A program made the translations under genes and the position numbers. 64,000 bases of DNA from the human T2T-CHM13v2.0 reference genome, Homo sapiens. Within the stretch, counting starts at the first letter, position 1. The number at the start of each line of letters is the position of its first letter. Under the pieces are notes generated by a model. The model saw only the letters and a program-made list of their open reading frames with translations, was not told the origin of the DNA and searched no databases. Positions 16,968 through 31,407 of the stretch are shown in pieces. The stretch lies in the NCBI RefSeq assembly GCF_009914755.1, contig NC_060926.1. One strand, 5' to 3'.

Positions 16968-17991
16968 TTAAAATTTGGCATGTTTTTGCAGTGGCTGGTA
17001 CCAGTTGTTCCTTTCCATGTTTAGTACTTCCTTCAGGAGCTCTTGTAGGACAGGCCTGGTGGTGACAAAATCTCTCAGCATTGGCTTGTCTGTAAATGAT
17101 TTTATTTCTCCTTCACTTATGAAGCTTAGTTTGGCTGGATATGAAATTCTGGGTTGAAAATACTTTTCTTTAAGAATGTTGAATATTGGCCCCCACTCTT
17201 CTGTCTTGTAGAGATTCCGCTGAGCAATCCACTGTTATTCTGATGGGCTCCCCTTTGTGGGTAACCCGACCTTTCTCTCTGGCTGCCCTTAACAATTTTT
17301 CCTTCATTTCAGCCTTGGTGAATCTGACAATTATGTGTGTTGGGGTTGCTCTTCTTGAGGAGTATCTCTGTTGCGTTCTCTGTATTTCCTGAATTTGAAT
17401 GTGGGCCTGCCTTGTTGGGTTGGGGAAGTTCTCCCGGATAATATCCTGAAGAGTGTTTTCCAACTTGGTTCTGTTCTCCCCATCACTTTCAGGTACACCA
17501 ATCAAATGTAGATTTGGTCTGTTCACATAGTCCCATATTTCTTGGAGGCTTTGTTCATTTCTTTTTACTCTTTTTTTCTCTAAACTTCTTTTTTCACTTC
17601 ATTTCATTCATTTGATCTTCAATCACTTATATCCTTTCTTCCATTTGATCGAATCAGCTACTGAAGCTTGTGCATGCGTCACCTAGTTCTCGTTCCATGG
17701 TTTTCGCTGCATCACGTCATTTAAGGTCTCCTCTACTCCGTTTATTCTAGTTAGCCATTTGTCGAATCTTTTTTCAAGGTTCTTAGCTTCTTTGTGAAGG
17801 GTTCGAACATCCTGCTTTAGCTTGGAGAAGTTTGTTATTACCGATCTTCTGAAGCCTACTTCTGTCAACTCGTCAAAGTCATTCTCCATCCTGCTTTTTT
17901 CTGTTGCTGGCAAGGAGCTGTGATCCTTTGGCGGAGGAGAAGCACTCTGATTTTTAGAATTTTCAGCTTTCCTGCTCTGCTTTCTCCCCAT
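16968..17991 (-). pseudogene. L1 ORF1p, disrupted
   Basis: MGRKQSRKAENSKNQSASPPPK start; fragment RPNLHLIGVPESDGEN...RATPTHIIVRF; frameshifted. Confidence 0.95.
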
Positions 17992-19026
17992 CTTTGTTGT
18001 TTTATCTACCTTTGGTCTTTGATGATGGTGACCTGCAGATGCGGTTTTGTTATGGATGTCCTTTTTGTTGATGTTGATGCTATTCCTTTCTGTTTGTTAG
18101 TTTTCCTTCTAACAGTCAGGACCCTCAGCTGCAGGTCTGTTGGAGTTTGCTGGAGGTCCACTCCAGACCGTGTTTGTCTGGACATCACCAGCAGAGGTTG
18201 CAGAACAGTAAATATTGCAGAACAGCAAATGTTGCTGCCTGATCCGTCATCTGGAAGCTTTGTCTCAGAGGGGCCCCTGGCTGTAAGAGGTGTCTGTCGG
18301 TCCCTACTGGGAGGTGTCTCCCAGTTAGGCTACTCAGTAGTCAGGGACCCACCTGAGGAGGCAGTCTGTCCATTCTCAGATCTCAAACTCTGTGATGGGA
18401 GAACCACTACTCTCTTCAAAGCTGTCAGACAGGGACGTTTAAGTCTGCAGAAGTTTCTGCTGCCTTTTGTTCAGCTGTGCCCTGCTCCCAGAGGTGGAGT
18501 CTACAGAGGCAGGCAGGTCTCATTGAGCTGTGGTGGGCTCCACCCAGTTCGAGATTCCTGCCACTTTTTTTTACCTAGTCAAGCCTCAGCAATGGTGGAC
18601 GCCCCTCCCCAGCCTCACTGCCACCTAGCAGTTTGATCTTGGACTTCTGTACTAGCAGTGAGCAAGGCTCCATGGGCATGGGACTCATGGAGCCAGGTGC
18701 AGGATGTAATCTCCTGGTGTGCCGTTTGCTAAGACCATTGGAAAAGCCCGGTATTAGGGTGGGAGTGTCCCGATCTTCCAGTTACCGTCTGTCATAGCTT
18801 CCCTTGGTAGGAAAGGGAATTCCCTGATCCCTTGTGCTTCCCCAGTGAAGTGATGCCCCGCCCTGCTTCAGCTCACACTCCATGGGCTGCACCCACTGTC
18901 CAACAAGTCCCAGTGAGATGAACCTGGTATCTCAGTTTGAAATACAGAAATCACCCATCTTCTGCTTTGCTCACACTGGGAGCTGTAGACTGGAGCTGTT
19001 CCTATTTGGCCGTCTTGGACAGAGGA

Positions 19027-19414
<388 letters not shown>

Positions 19415-20786
19415 TAACAATACTTACAATTATCCTTTTGTTAGTTGTTTTCTGACTATTTAATGGTTTCTTTGTTCCTTTTGTCCTCTCTTGCTGTCTT
19501 CGTTTTTGATTTGATGAGTTTTGTGTGGTGGTATGCTTTTGTTTCTGCCTCTTTCTCTTGTATATAAGTGGGTTTTTGGTGGTTATTATGGGGCTTACAT
19601 GAAATATCTTATAGCTGTAGCTATCTAGTTAATCCCATATAAACTTACATTTGTTCTCTTACCCAAATTCAACATTTATACACACACCCCCAAACATTTT
19701 ATGTTTTTGATGTCAAAATGTGTGTGTGTGTGCTTTTTATATGTATATCTATTAACAACTTGTGGTAGTCATAGTTATGTTACATACATTTGTTTGTTAA
19801 TCTTTATACTAGAATGAACAGTGATTTATTTACCACAATTCCAGTATTAGAGTATTCTGAATTTTACTACACACTTACCTTTTCCATTAAATTTTATAAT
19901 TTCATTTTTTTGTTACTAATTAGAATTCTTTTGATTCAGCTTGAAGAGTCTCCTTTAGCATTTGCTGTGAGGTAGGTCTAGTGTTAATGAACTTTGTCAG
20001 TTTTTGTTTTCTGGGAAAGTCTTTATGTCTCCTTCCTTTCTGAATGACAGCTATGCCAGGTAAAGTATTCTTGGTTTGTAGTCTCTTTTCTTTTAAAACT
20101 TTGAATGCATCATCCCATTGTCTCCTCAGCTTAAAGTTTTTTTAATCAATAAATTTGCTGATAGTCTAATAAAAGTTTTCTTGTATGTGACAAGTCTCTT
20201 CTCTTGCTACTTTCAAAATTCTCTTTGATTTTTGACTATTTGGTTATTATATGTTTCAGTGAAGTTTTATTTTTATTGAACCTGCTTGGGGACCTTTTAT
20301 TCTCATGTACCCTTTTTTGTTTTGATAGGATTTTGGGGAACAGGTGGTGTTTGGTTACATGGATACGTTCTTTAGTGGTGAGATCTGATATTTTGGTGCA
20401 CACATCACCTAAGCAGTGTACACTTCAGCCGGTTTGTAGTCTTTTATTCCTCACCCACTCCCATCCTTTCCCTTGAGTCCCCAATGTCAGTTTTATCATT
20501 CTTATGCCTTCACATCTTCATAGCTTTGCTCCTATTTATAACTGAGAATATATGTTTGTTTTTCCATTACTGAGTTACTTAGAGTAATAGTCTGCAACTC
20601 CTTCCTAATTGCTTTGAATGCCATTATTTCATTACTTTATATGGCTGAGCGGTATTTCACAGAATATATATACCACATTTCCTTTATCCACTCACTGATT
20701 GGTGGGCATTTGGGCTGGTTCCATATTTTTGCAATTGCAAATTGTGCTGCTATAAACATGTGTGTGCAAGTGTCTTTTTCATATGA

Positions 20787-21081
<295 letters not shown>

Positions 21082-23096
21082 CAGTGACTTCTTTTTTTCT
21101 GGGTAGATACCCAGTAGTGAGATTGCTGGATCAAACGGTAGATCTACTTTCAGATCTTTGAGGAATTTCCATACTGTTTTCCACAGTGGTTATACTGGTT
21201 TACATTTCTACCAGCAGTGTAAAATTGTTCCCTTTTTAACACATCCACACAAATATCTCTTATTTTTTGATTTTTAAATTATGGCCATTCTTGTAGGAGT
21301 AAAGTGGCATCACACTGTGGCTTTGATTTGTATTTCCCTGATCATAAGTGATGTTGAGCATTTTTCATGTTTGTTGTCCATTTGTATATCTTCTTTTGAG
21401 AATTGTCTATTCATGTCCGTAGCCCACTCTTTGATGAGATTATTTGTTTTATTCTTGCTGATTTGAATTCTGGATATTAGTCCTTTTTCAAACGCATAGT
21501 TTGTGAAGATTTTCTCCTACTCTGTGGGTTGTCTGTTTACTCTGTGGATTATTTCTTTTGTTATGCAGAAGCCTTTTAGTTTAATTAATTCCCAATTATT
21601 TATCTTTGTTTTTGTTGCATTTGCTTTTGTGTTCTTAGTCATGAAGTCTCTGACTAAGCCAGCGTCTAGAAGGTTTTCTCCAATGTTATCTTCTAGAATT
21701 TTTATGGTTTTAGGTCTTAGATTTAAGTCTTTGATCCATCTTGAGTTGATTTTTATATACGGTGAGAGATGAGGATCCAGTTTCATTCTCTACATGTGGC
21801 TTGCCAGTTATCTCAGCACCATTTATTGAATAGGGTGTCATTTCCCCACTTCATATTATTGTTTGCTATGTAAAGATCAGTTAGCTGTAAGTACTTAGCT
21901 TTATTTTTGGGTTCTCTACTCTGTTCCGTTAGTCTCTGTGTTTATTTTTATACCAATATCATGCTGTTCTGGTGACTACAGCCATACAGTAGAGTTTGAA
22001 GTTTGGTAATGTGATGCCTACAGATTTATTCTTTTTGTTTAGCCTTGCTTTGGCTATGAGGGCTCTTTTTTGGTTTCATATGAATTTTAGGATTTTTCTT
22101 TCTAGTTCTGTGAAGAATGATCGTGTTATTTTGATGGAAATTACATTGAATTTGTAGATTGCTTTTGGCAGTATGGTCATTTTCACAATTTAATTCTACC
22201 CATCCATGAATATTGGATGTGTTTCTATTTGCTTGTGTCTTCTGTGATTTCTTTCAGTAGAGTTTTGTAGTTTTCCTTGTAGAAGTCTTTCATGTCCTTG
22301 GTTAGGTATATTCCTAAATTTTTCGTTTGTTTGTTTTTTATTTTTGGTGCTATTGTAAAAGGAGTTAAGTTCTTGATTTGATTCTCAGCTTGGTCACTGT
22401 TGACGTATAGCAGTGCTACTGATTTATGTACATTGATTTCTTATCCTGAAATTTTACTGAACTTACTGATCAAATCTAGGATCTTTTTGGATGAATCTTT
22501 AGGGTTTTTTAGGTATACAAAGATATCACCGGTGAACAGCAACAGTTTACCAATTTGGATGCCCTTCATTCTTTTCTCTTGTGTGATTGCTCTGGCTAGG
22601 ACTTCCAGTACTATGTTGAATAGAAGTGGTGAAAGTGGGCATCTTGTCTTGTCCCAGTTCTTGGGGGGGAATGCTTTCAACTTTTCCCCGTTCAGTATAA
22701 TGTTGGTTGTGGGTTTGTCATAGGTGACTTCTGTTACCTTAAGGTTTGTCCTTTCTATGCCAATTTTGCTGAGGGTTTTAATCATAAGTTGTTGCTGGAT
22801 TTTGTCAAATGCTTTTTCTGTGTCTATTGAGATGATCATGTGATTTTTGTCTTTAATTATCTTTAGGTGGTGTATCACATTTATTGACTTGAATATGTTA
22901 AACCATCCCTGAATACCTGGTATGAACCCACTTGATCATGGTTGATTTTTTTTGATAAGCTGTTGGATTTGGTTAGTTAGTATTTTCTTGAGAATATCTG
23001 CATCTATGTTTATCAGGGATATTGGTCTGCAGTTTTCTTTTTTTGTTAATGTCCTTTCCTGGTTTTGATAATAGGGTGATACTGGCTTCATATAAT

Positions 23097-23539
23097 TGTG
23101 AACCATGAAAATGTGAGACAGGGCACAGATAACTTAGAAAGTTTATTTTGCCAAGGTTGAGGACATGTGCCCATGACAGACTTAGGAGGTCCTGATGATG
23201 TGTGCCCAAGGTGGTCAGAACAGTTTGGTGTATACATTTTAGGAAGACATGAGAGATTGATCAATATATGTAAGATAAACATTGGTTTGGTCTGGGAAGG
23301 TAGGACAATTCGAAGCAGGGAGGGGGCCTCCAGGTCATAGGTAGACAAGAGACAAATGGTTGCATTCTTTTGAGTTTCTGATTAGCCTCTCCAAAGGAGG
23401 CAATCATATAACCATTTATTTCAGTAAGAAGAGGAGTGACTGAATAGAATGGGAGGCAAGTTTGCCCTAGGAAGTTTCCAGCTTGATTTTTCCCTTTAGC
23501 TTAGCTATTTTGGGGGCCCCAAGATACTTGTCTTTCCCA
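23097..23539 (-). mobile_element. MER4A1-like solo LTR (ERV1)
   Basis: tgtgaacc ... gtttattttgccaaggttgaggac ... ttagctattttgggggccccaagat; TG...CA ends; interrupts L1PB ORF2. Confidence 0.85.
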
Positions 23540-26414
23540 CGACTTAGGAGGATTCTCTTTCTCTATTCTTTGAAATTGTTTCAATAGGATTGGTACCAGT
23601 TCTTCTTTGAATGTCTGTTGAAATTTTCCAGTGTATTTAGCATTTCTCTTAGTGTGTCTTCCATTTCCAGAGGTTTTGATTGCTTTTTTTATGCTATTTC
23701 TCTGTAGATTTTTTGGTCCATATCCTGTATTTTTTTTTAAGTTTCTTTAAGTTGGATTTTTACCCTTCTCTGGTGCCTCCTTGAGTAGCTTAATAATCGA
23801 CCTTCTGTTCTTTTGTTTGTTTTTTTGTTTTTGGCAACTCTAAGTTTTATTCTTGGTTTGGACTCATTGCTGGTGAGCTAGTGTGATTTTTCAGGGAGAT
23901 TAAAGAACATTTGTTTGTTGTATTGCCAGAATTGTTTCTCTGGTTCCTTGTCATTTGGGTAGAATATATCAGAGGGAAGATCTGTGGCTTGAGGGCTGTT
24001 TTTCAGATTCTTTTATCCTAAGGGGTGATCCCTTGATGTGGTGCTCCCCCACTTTCCCTAGGGACAGGGCTTGCTAAGAGCCAGCCTGCACTGAATGTTA
24101 TCACTCTTCTGGGTCTAGCCACCCAGTGGAGATACTGGGCTCTGGGCTGGTACTGGGGAGTGTCTGAAAAGAGTAATGTGATGTGATCTACTTTCAGGTC
24201 TCTCAGCCATAGATACCAGTACCTGCTCCAGTAAACATAGCAGGGGAGTGAAGTGGATTCTGGGTGGGTCCTTGGTTGTAGTTTTGTTAAGTGTGCTGGT
24301 TTCCTCAAATGCCGGTTGTGCTGTCAGTGAAACTGTCACATAGACAGACTCAGGACCTCTGGTTAGCCAGGATGTTACCAGAGGTGGAATTAGCTGTTGT
24401 TTTCTTCTTTTTTGAAACAGGGCTGTTCTTTTATGAATTGTTATAATGGCTTGAGTTGGTTGGCCTCCAGACAGGAGGTGGCACTTTCAAAAGAGTATCA
24501 GCTGCGGTAGTATGGTGGGGAAACAAGCTTGCCCTAAGGTTTCCTGGATAAGTATTTGGGTTTACCAGGTGTCGGGTGGGGCCGTAGAGCTCCCAAAAGA
24601 TTATGTCTTTTGTGTTTGGTTACCAAGGCAGATAGAGAAAGTCCATCAGGTAGGGGCAGGGTTAGGTGTAACTGAGAGCCCAGACACTCTTTGTGTGGGG
24701 CTTGCTGCATCCACTGTGGAGGATAGGGGTGTGGTTCTCAGGGCAATGTGGTAATGTTCCCAGGGGGATTATGGTTGCCTCTGCTGAGTCATAAAGGTCA
24801 CCAGGAAAGTAGGGGAAAGTCAAGTCAGCAGTGACAGGCCTCACATAGCTCCTATGCACCCAACAAGGCCAGTCTCACTTCCACAGTGCCCCAATAACAG
24901 CACAGAGCTTATATACAGGTAGCCAATGAGCAAGAGCTGAGATCTTGCCCCAGGCTACAAGCTTCCCTGCTGAGGAAGCAAATCAGGCTTACAGAGCTTT
25001 CAGCCTCCACCCCTCCCCACAGCTAGGGCTTCTCTTCCTATCTGCACTTTCTGTTTGCCCTCTTCCCCAACCCCACCCACCTACACACCCCAGCCCCCAG
25101 ATTCTGCTCAGGAAAATTCACACTCCATTGAAATTATTAAAGAATTCAGCTGATGTTTCCTTCTCCCTGTAGACCTTCTCTAATTATACTGGCAGCCCTC
25201 CTCAAGGACCCCTCTGAGATAGAGTCAGAGGTGGCTTCCCAGGGAACTGGGAGTGCCTTCAGGGCTCTTCCTGCTTCTTCTTCTACTTTTATATTTCGCT
25301 TGGACCTCTAAATTCCTTTAAGTTCTAGGTAAATTTAAATGCTTCTTCCGTGATCTGGATTTTCAGGTTCCCCATTGTGGATTTGTATTTGGAGGTGAAT
25401 TTTACTTTTCTCATGCTTTGGGCACTCAGAGTTTTGGCTGTCTCAAGGAGTTTGCAGCCACAAGCCACTTCTTTCAAAGGTCATTGAATTCTTTGGTTTT
25501 CCTGGAATGTTCCCGTGGTAGTTCTTGGAACTAAAGTTCACGATTTGTCTTCACAACGCTGTTCTGTCCTTCCAAGTGAGAGGTGCCTCCTATCTGCCAT
25601 CTGAGTCTCAAGTACCCTTGATGTCTATCTCTCAGGATTTGGGAAATTCTCAGTCATTATTTTCTTATATAAACCTTTTCTCCTTTTCTCTTTATCTTCT
25701 CTTTCTGAGACCTCCAGGATCTTTACACTCTTCCTCTTCATGGTGGCCAATACAAGTCCTGTAAGCTTTTTAAATTCTTTTTAATTTTTTTTCCATCCTC
25801 TAACTGAATAATTTTAAGTGCCTTGTCTTCAAGGTGCAGATTCTTTCTTCTGCTTAATCAAGTCTCTCATTGAAGCTCTCAATTGTGTTTTTTATTTTAT
25901 TATTTTATCTATTGCATTCTTCAGCTCCAGAATTTCTGTTTTTCCTTTTTTAATGATTTTTATCTCTTTGTTGAACCTCATGTTTTGTTCATGTGTGTAT
26001 GTGGTTTTTAAAATTTAATTTTGTTTTCTATCTATCTGTGTTCTCTTGTTCACTTCCTTGTTAAGGAAATTCACTGAGCTTTCTTAAAACAATTATTTTG
26101 CGTTTTTGTCAAATATTTTATAGATTTCCATTACTTTTAGGTCAATTACTGGATAATTATTGTTTTCCTTTAGTGATGCCATGCTTCCTTGGTTTTTAAA
26201 GTTCTTTGAAGTCTTGTATTGATTGCTATCTTCACATTTGAAGAAGCAGTCACTTCCTCCAGTCTTCACTGACTGCCTCCGGGCAAGAAATTACTTCCCC
26301 AGTCAGCAGCCTAGGGATTCTGAAGCTCTTTCAGACATTTTCTATGGATACAACCAGTTGACACCTTTTGTTTCCTTGTGGGGCTGGGGGAGAACTGATG
26401 AGATCATATGCTTT

Positions 26415-27743
26415 TGTGTCTGGAATTGGTGGGTTCTTGGTCTCACTGACTTCAAGAATGAAGCCGCAGACTCTTGCAGTGAGTGTTACAGTTCTTAAAG
26501 ATGGTGTGTCCGGAGTTTGTTCCTTCTGATGTTCGGACGTGGTTGGAGTTTCTTCCTTCTGGTGGGTTCGTGGTCTCACTGGCTTCAGGAGTGAAGCTGC
26601 AGACCTTCGCAGTGAGTGTTACAGCTCATAAAGGCAGTGCGGACCCAAAGAGTGAGCAGCAGCAAGATTTACTGCAAAGAGCGAAAGAACAAAGCCTCCA
26701 CAGTATGGAAGGGCACCCAAGTGGGTTGCCACGGCTGGCTCCGGCAGGTAGCCTGCTTTTATTCCCTTATCTGGCCCCACCCACATCCTGCTGATTGGCC
26801 CATTTTACAGAGAGCTGATTGGTCCATTTTACAGAGAGCTGATTGGTGTATTTACAATCCTCTAGCTAGACGTGAAAGTTCTCCAAGTCCCCACTAGATT
26901 AGCTAGACACAGAGCACTGATTGGTGCATTTACAAATCGAGCTAGACACAGGGTGCTGATTGGTGTGTTTACAAACTTTGAGCTAGACACACAGTGCTGA
27001 TTGGTGTATTTACAATCCTTTAGCTAGACATAAAAGTTCGCCAAGTCCCCATCAGTTTAGCTAGATACAGAGTGCTGATTGGTGCATCCACAAACCCCAA
27101 GCTAGACAAAGAGTTCTGATAGATGCATTTACAATCTTCCGGCTAGACATAAAATTTCTCCAAGTCCCCACCCGACTCAGGAGCCCAGCTGGCTTCGCCT
27201 AGTGGATCCCACACCAGGGCCGCAGGTGGAGCTGCCCGCCAGTCCCACACCAAGCGACCACACTCCTCAGCCCTTGGGCGGTTGATGGGACTGGGCACCG
27301 CGGAGCAGCAGGTGGCAACTGTCAGGGAGGCTCAGGCGACACAGGAGCCCACCACTGAGGGGCACAGGCATGGTGGGTGGCAGGTCCTGAGCCCTGCCCT
27401 GCAGGGAGGTGGCTGAGGCTCGGCAAGAATTCGAGTGTGGCGCGTGCGGGCCAGCAGTGCTGGGGTACCCAGCACCCCCTCCACAGCTGCTGGCCTGGGT
27501 GCTAAGCCCCTCACTGCCTGGGGCCCACAGCACCAGCGGTGAGCGCTGTGAGCAGTCCCGGTTCCCGCCTGTGCCTCTCCCTCCACACCTCCCTGCAAGC
27601 AGAGGGAGCCTCGGTCAGCCCAGAGACGGGCTCCCACAGTGCAGCGGTGGGCTGAAGTGCTCCTCAAGCATGGCCAGAGCAGACGCCGAGGCTGAGGAGG
27701 TGCTGAGAGTGAGCAAGGGCTGCCAGCACGTTGTCACCTTTCA
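26415..27743 (-). mobile_element. LTR12 (C/D/E-type) solo LTR of ERV9
   Basis: tgtgtctggaattggtgggttcttggtc ... tgccagcacgttgtcacctttca; 4-bp TSD cttt (26411 and 27744); internal tandem gctagacac/gctgattggt repeats. Confidence 0.96.
26750..27125 (-). promoter_or_regulatory. ERV9 U3 enhancer/promoter: seven CCAAT boxes plus an AATAAA TATA-like box
   Basis: ctgattgg at ~26791, 26816, 26839, 26917, 26956, 26997 and 27075; ttttattccc at ~26757. NF-Y use of LTR12 CCAAT boxes is established; activity of this copy is not shown. Confidence 0.65.
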
Positions 27744-28748
27744 CTTTCTCCTCTTCTCCAAAAGAAGGCTGGATGCCTAGAGTCTCCAGTTTATTTTCCC
27801 TAAGGCAGTGCCCTGAAATGATCAATTTTGCCTGCCTTCTCTCAATTCTGGAGAGTCAAGCTGGCTAATTGAACATACTCACAAGCCATCTTCAAAAGCT
27901 CATATTTGCCATCTAGGGGGCACACACAGGGAGTGTGCACTGGGGAAGGGAAGAGGTTCATGGAGCATTGGTGGTGCCTATGTGCCAATTGGTGTGAGTC
28001 AGCTGGTGAGAGGTCTCAAACTGTGGACAGGTCTCCTAATATAGTCTGAAAAGCAGTTTATAGGAATACAGCCCTTTGTTTAGTTTTAAGCACTGATTGC
28101 TATAAATCCCTACTTCACTTCTTTTCTCTCAGCCTCTCTTAGCTATTCAGCTGTACTGATACCCTCAGTATTCTAGGTGGGTTGAGAAGGCTCTTGGGTA
28201 GCGTCCTGCTGAGCTGGGGAAGCTGGACGCTCACTCATTACACACTTCTTTCCCCAGTGGGAGGAATCACATGCCAAGGAGTTCTCTTTTGGCATAGAAC
28301 TGTGCTGGCTTGGGAGAAGGGTGATGGTGATATAGTGAAACTCTTCTTCTTACCCTCTTTAATGCACCTATTCTTAGATTTTTTCTCAAGTGGTATGCTG
28401 AAATATCTCTGCTCTACTCCCAGATTCCCACAAATGTACTCTTGTCCATTGGTGGTTTTCAAATTCAATGCACTGTGAGAAGATGACAGTAGAAAACTCT
28501 TATTCCATCATTTTGCTAATGATATATACATCAGTGTACCTTTTTAAAATGGGAAAAATTGTTTTCCAAACAACATATTGCCACCAGTTGTTTGTGATAA
28601 ACAAATTATGGACCCAGTAGCTGCATATAGGTGACTGGACACAGCTGAGTCAAAACTGTTAGTAAAAAAAACAGTATCCTTTGCCTTTTGCCTCTGTGTA
28701 TTCTGTTTCTTCTTTTTAGTGCATTCTTGCTTTCATATTCCCATGAGT

Positions 28749-28976
28749 CAGAGCTTTTCACCACTGTGCTATGAATGGGTTGTAATTGTGCCCAGATTCT
28801 GGTCCACTTGAACTTTGAGGGAACTGATAGAGATTTGGGTGTCTCGACCTCTGGGTAGACACCACCAGCTTTGAATCTACACATCCAGTTACCCATAAAC
28901 CAATGGTTCCAGTGAGCTGCATAGATATCATTGATGCCTATGTGTGCTATGACTTGGAAAATGTTAGGAAATATTG
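28749..28976. mobile_element. hAT-Charlie-type DNA transposon fragment
   Basis: cagagcttttcaccactgtgc ... tgtgtgctatgacttggaaaatgttaggaaatattg, resembling Charlie terminal sequences. Confidence 0.4.
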
Positions 28977-31407
28977 TCTTTGGTGTCCAAATTCTTCACA
29001 CCCTCTCCCACTTTTCCTTTGTAACAGGTATAGGCTATTAGTAACAGTGCCTGCCATTTAATAGACAATCATTATTTTCTAAATGTTGAAGGCATAAAAT
29101 CATGCCATTCTATTATAATTATTTTTGTATTTTTATAGGAACATAAAGCACTAATTTCAGAAAAACAAAGTATCAGAGATCAAGCTATGAATAACTTAAT
29201 TAAAATGTTATCATCCTGATGTAGACTGGCATATTTCTAAGACAAATCCCCAATATATGGCCTGTTTAAATAAAAGAGAAAAATAAATCGACTATGCTAT
29301 TTATTTGTAACAGAATCCTCTGTTAATGGTGGAGAAGCTATGGCAGCACAGATTTTTAAAGTCATAAATTAAAAAATGTCTTTGCCATTAGTAAACATCT
29401 TACATATCAAGAATTTGTTATAATCCTTAACAAAAACAGGGATGAGGAAAAATGATTTTTTAAAAAATGTAGCCATTTCATTTTAACCATAAAAACAGAA
29501 TAAAAAGTTTTTTTTACAGATAATTATTTTAGTTTAAATTATTAAAAGGATATATTAGATGGTTCTACATTGAATTAAATTTAATTAAAAGATGTGCACA
29601 CTGCTGGCCAAATTGTACTTTTACTATATATGTGATATAGTCATAATTTAAAAGAACAAACTGATACCTCTACTTATAGGCAATAAAATTAGTTTTTACT
29701 GCTAATAAACTCAGGCTTTGTAGCTATAATATTCTATGGCTCTATGTTAGGAATTTTTAAGAAAATTTTTAAAAAGCTTTGCAGAAATTTTCCTTGCCAT
29801 GAAGGAGAGCATGCAAGTTTGATACATAAAGAAAACCAAGAGGGCTAGAGAAGGATGAGTAACAAATTTGAGCACAATTCATCATTAATTATTGGAGAAC
29901 GTAATAAGTATTTTCTAGGATACACTGTAAATTAAAAGAATAAGGGAATAATAAAACATCAAACAAAACACATTATTTATAAAAAGCAAATGATCTGTAT
30001 TTTCTAGTACAATTTTGAAAAACATGAGTTTAATATATCAGTATTATATTTTTCTATTTTTGTTAATTGATTAATTTATCAGAAGTAGATGTTGCTAGGA
30101 TATTGATATGAGAAGACAGAGTGTTTGACCTTACAGAGACACAAAATAGGCATTAAAACATATTTCAAAACGGTATAAATAAATGAGAGAATCAGAGCTA
30201 TCAGGTGACAGAGTTTGCTTCTGACTGCAGTCAATAGAGAATATTCTGTGTGTGTATGGTTTATGCTCTCTGAAGTCTGAATTTCTTAGCAAAACATTTG
30301 AGGTTTAAAATTTAGTCTCAGTTTGCTTTTATATTTGTATAGCATATGTTTCAACTAAATAAGATTTCGTGCCTTTGTTCTAAGTGAAAAGCATAAGACT
30401 ACCTTTGTGTTAGACAATAAGTAGTATTTGTCTTAGAGGCCATTGTCTGAAGAAAATTTATTTGTTCATAGTACTTGGAATGAATTGGAAGGGGAATGAG
30501 TAAAGAGACAGAAGCAAAGTTTAAGAGTAGAGGTAAGAAAAATAAAGACCTGAAGTGGGAAAACAAGGGACAGGATGAAGGATCAATATTTTGAAGCAAG
30601 TACTCACACAACCCAGGGGATAAGGGAGATACGTAAGTTGAAAAAAGAGCAACAAAACCCTTTAGTGTCTTGAGTCTGTGAACAGTCAGAAATATAGTTC
30701 CATTAAAGAATGAGGGGAGCGATCAGGGGAACTTTCCTTGAAGTATAGAATAATAAAAGTTTTATTCTCTTTTCTCCCTTTCTCTAAACTTCCCCCCTCC
30801 TTTTTTTTTTTGCCTTGACATAAAAAACTGAAACAAAAAAAGAAAGTATAAAAACATCATCAAACCAAACCAAAAGATTGTTATGTTCCTGCCAGATACA
30901 ATTAAATATGGATTAAAATGGTAGTGAATGTTGAAAATTGTGCATATCTTCTGAGACTTAATCAGAAAATTGAGCTCTCAAAACAGAAATGCTATCACAT
31001 AGGTCTATCCTACTGACTTTTTCTTTAGCATCTCCAGAACCAGAGACTTGACTATCTGTAGAGATACAGGGTGACACCACACAACATCAGCATAGAAGTT
31101 TCTGGAGAAGAAATCATGCTAATGTGCCATTTCTATGGCTTAAGCAACACATCTAGGAAGAATGAGGGTACTAACAGACATGGAAGATGGTGGGGAGGAG
31201 TATGTGTGTGATAGTAGATCAATATGCGAATTACCAGTGACTTAAATAATATTTCTATGAATCCTACCCACATATTGAGGCCAAAAGTTGAAGGGAAATA
31301 CACTTTTGATTGAAAGAAGTAGTAGAATTCATGAGTAAGTAACAAGAAAAAAAAAACATTAAAATTGGAGACTGTATAACCTAGCTGACCCCCACCCAAA
31401 CATGATT

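Noticed and set aside
17920-18636. 238-aa plus-strand ORF
   Set aside because: Antisense reading of the L1 ORF1 start and 5' UTR. It begins upstream of the expected antisense promoter and ends in the frameshifted ORF0 remnant.
26790-27170. Regular ~40-bp repeats resembling a CRISPR-like array
   Set aside because: These are the known ERV9/LTR12 U3 tandem repeats; no unique spacers and no cas genes.
27180-27743. GC-rich island with several ORFs
   Set aside because: Lies entirely within LTR12 U3; not a gene CpG island.
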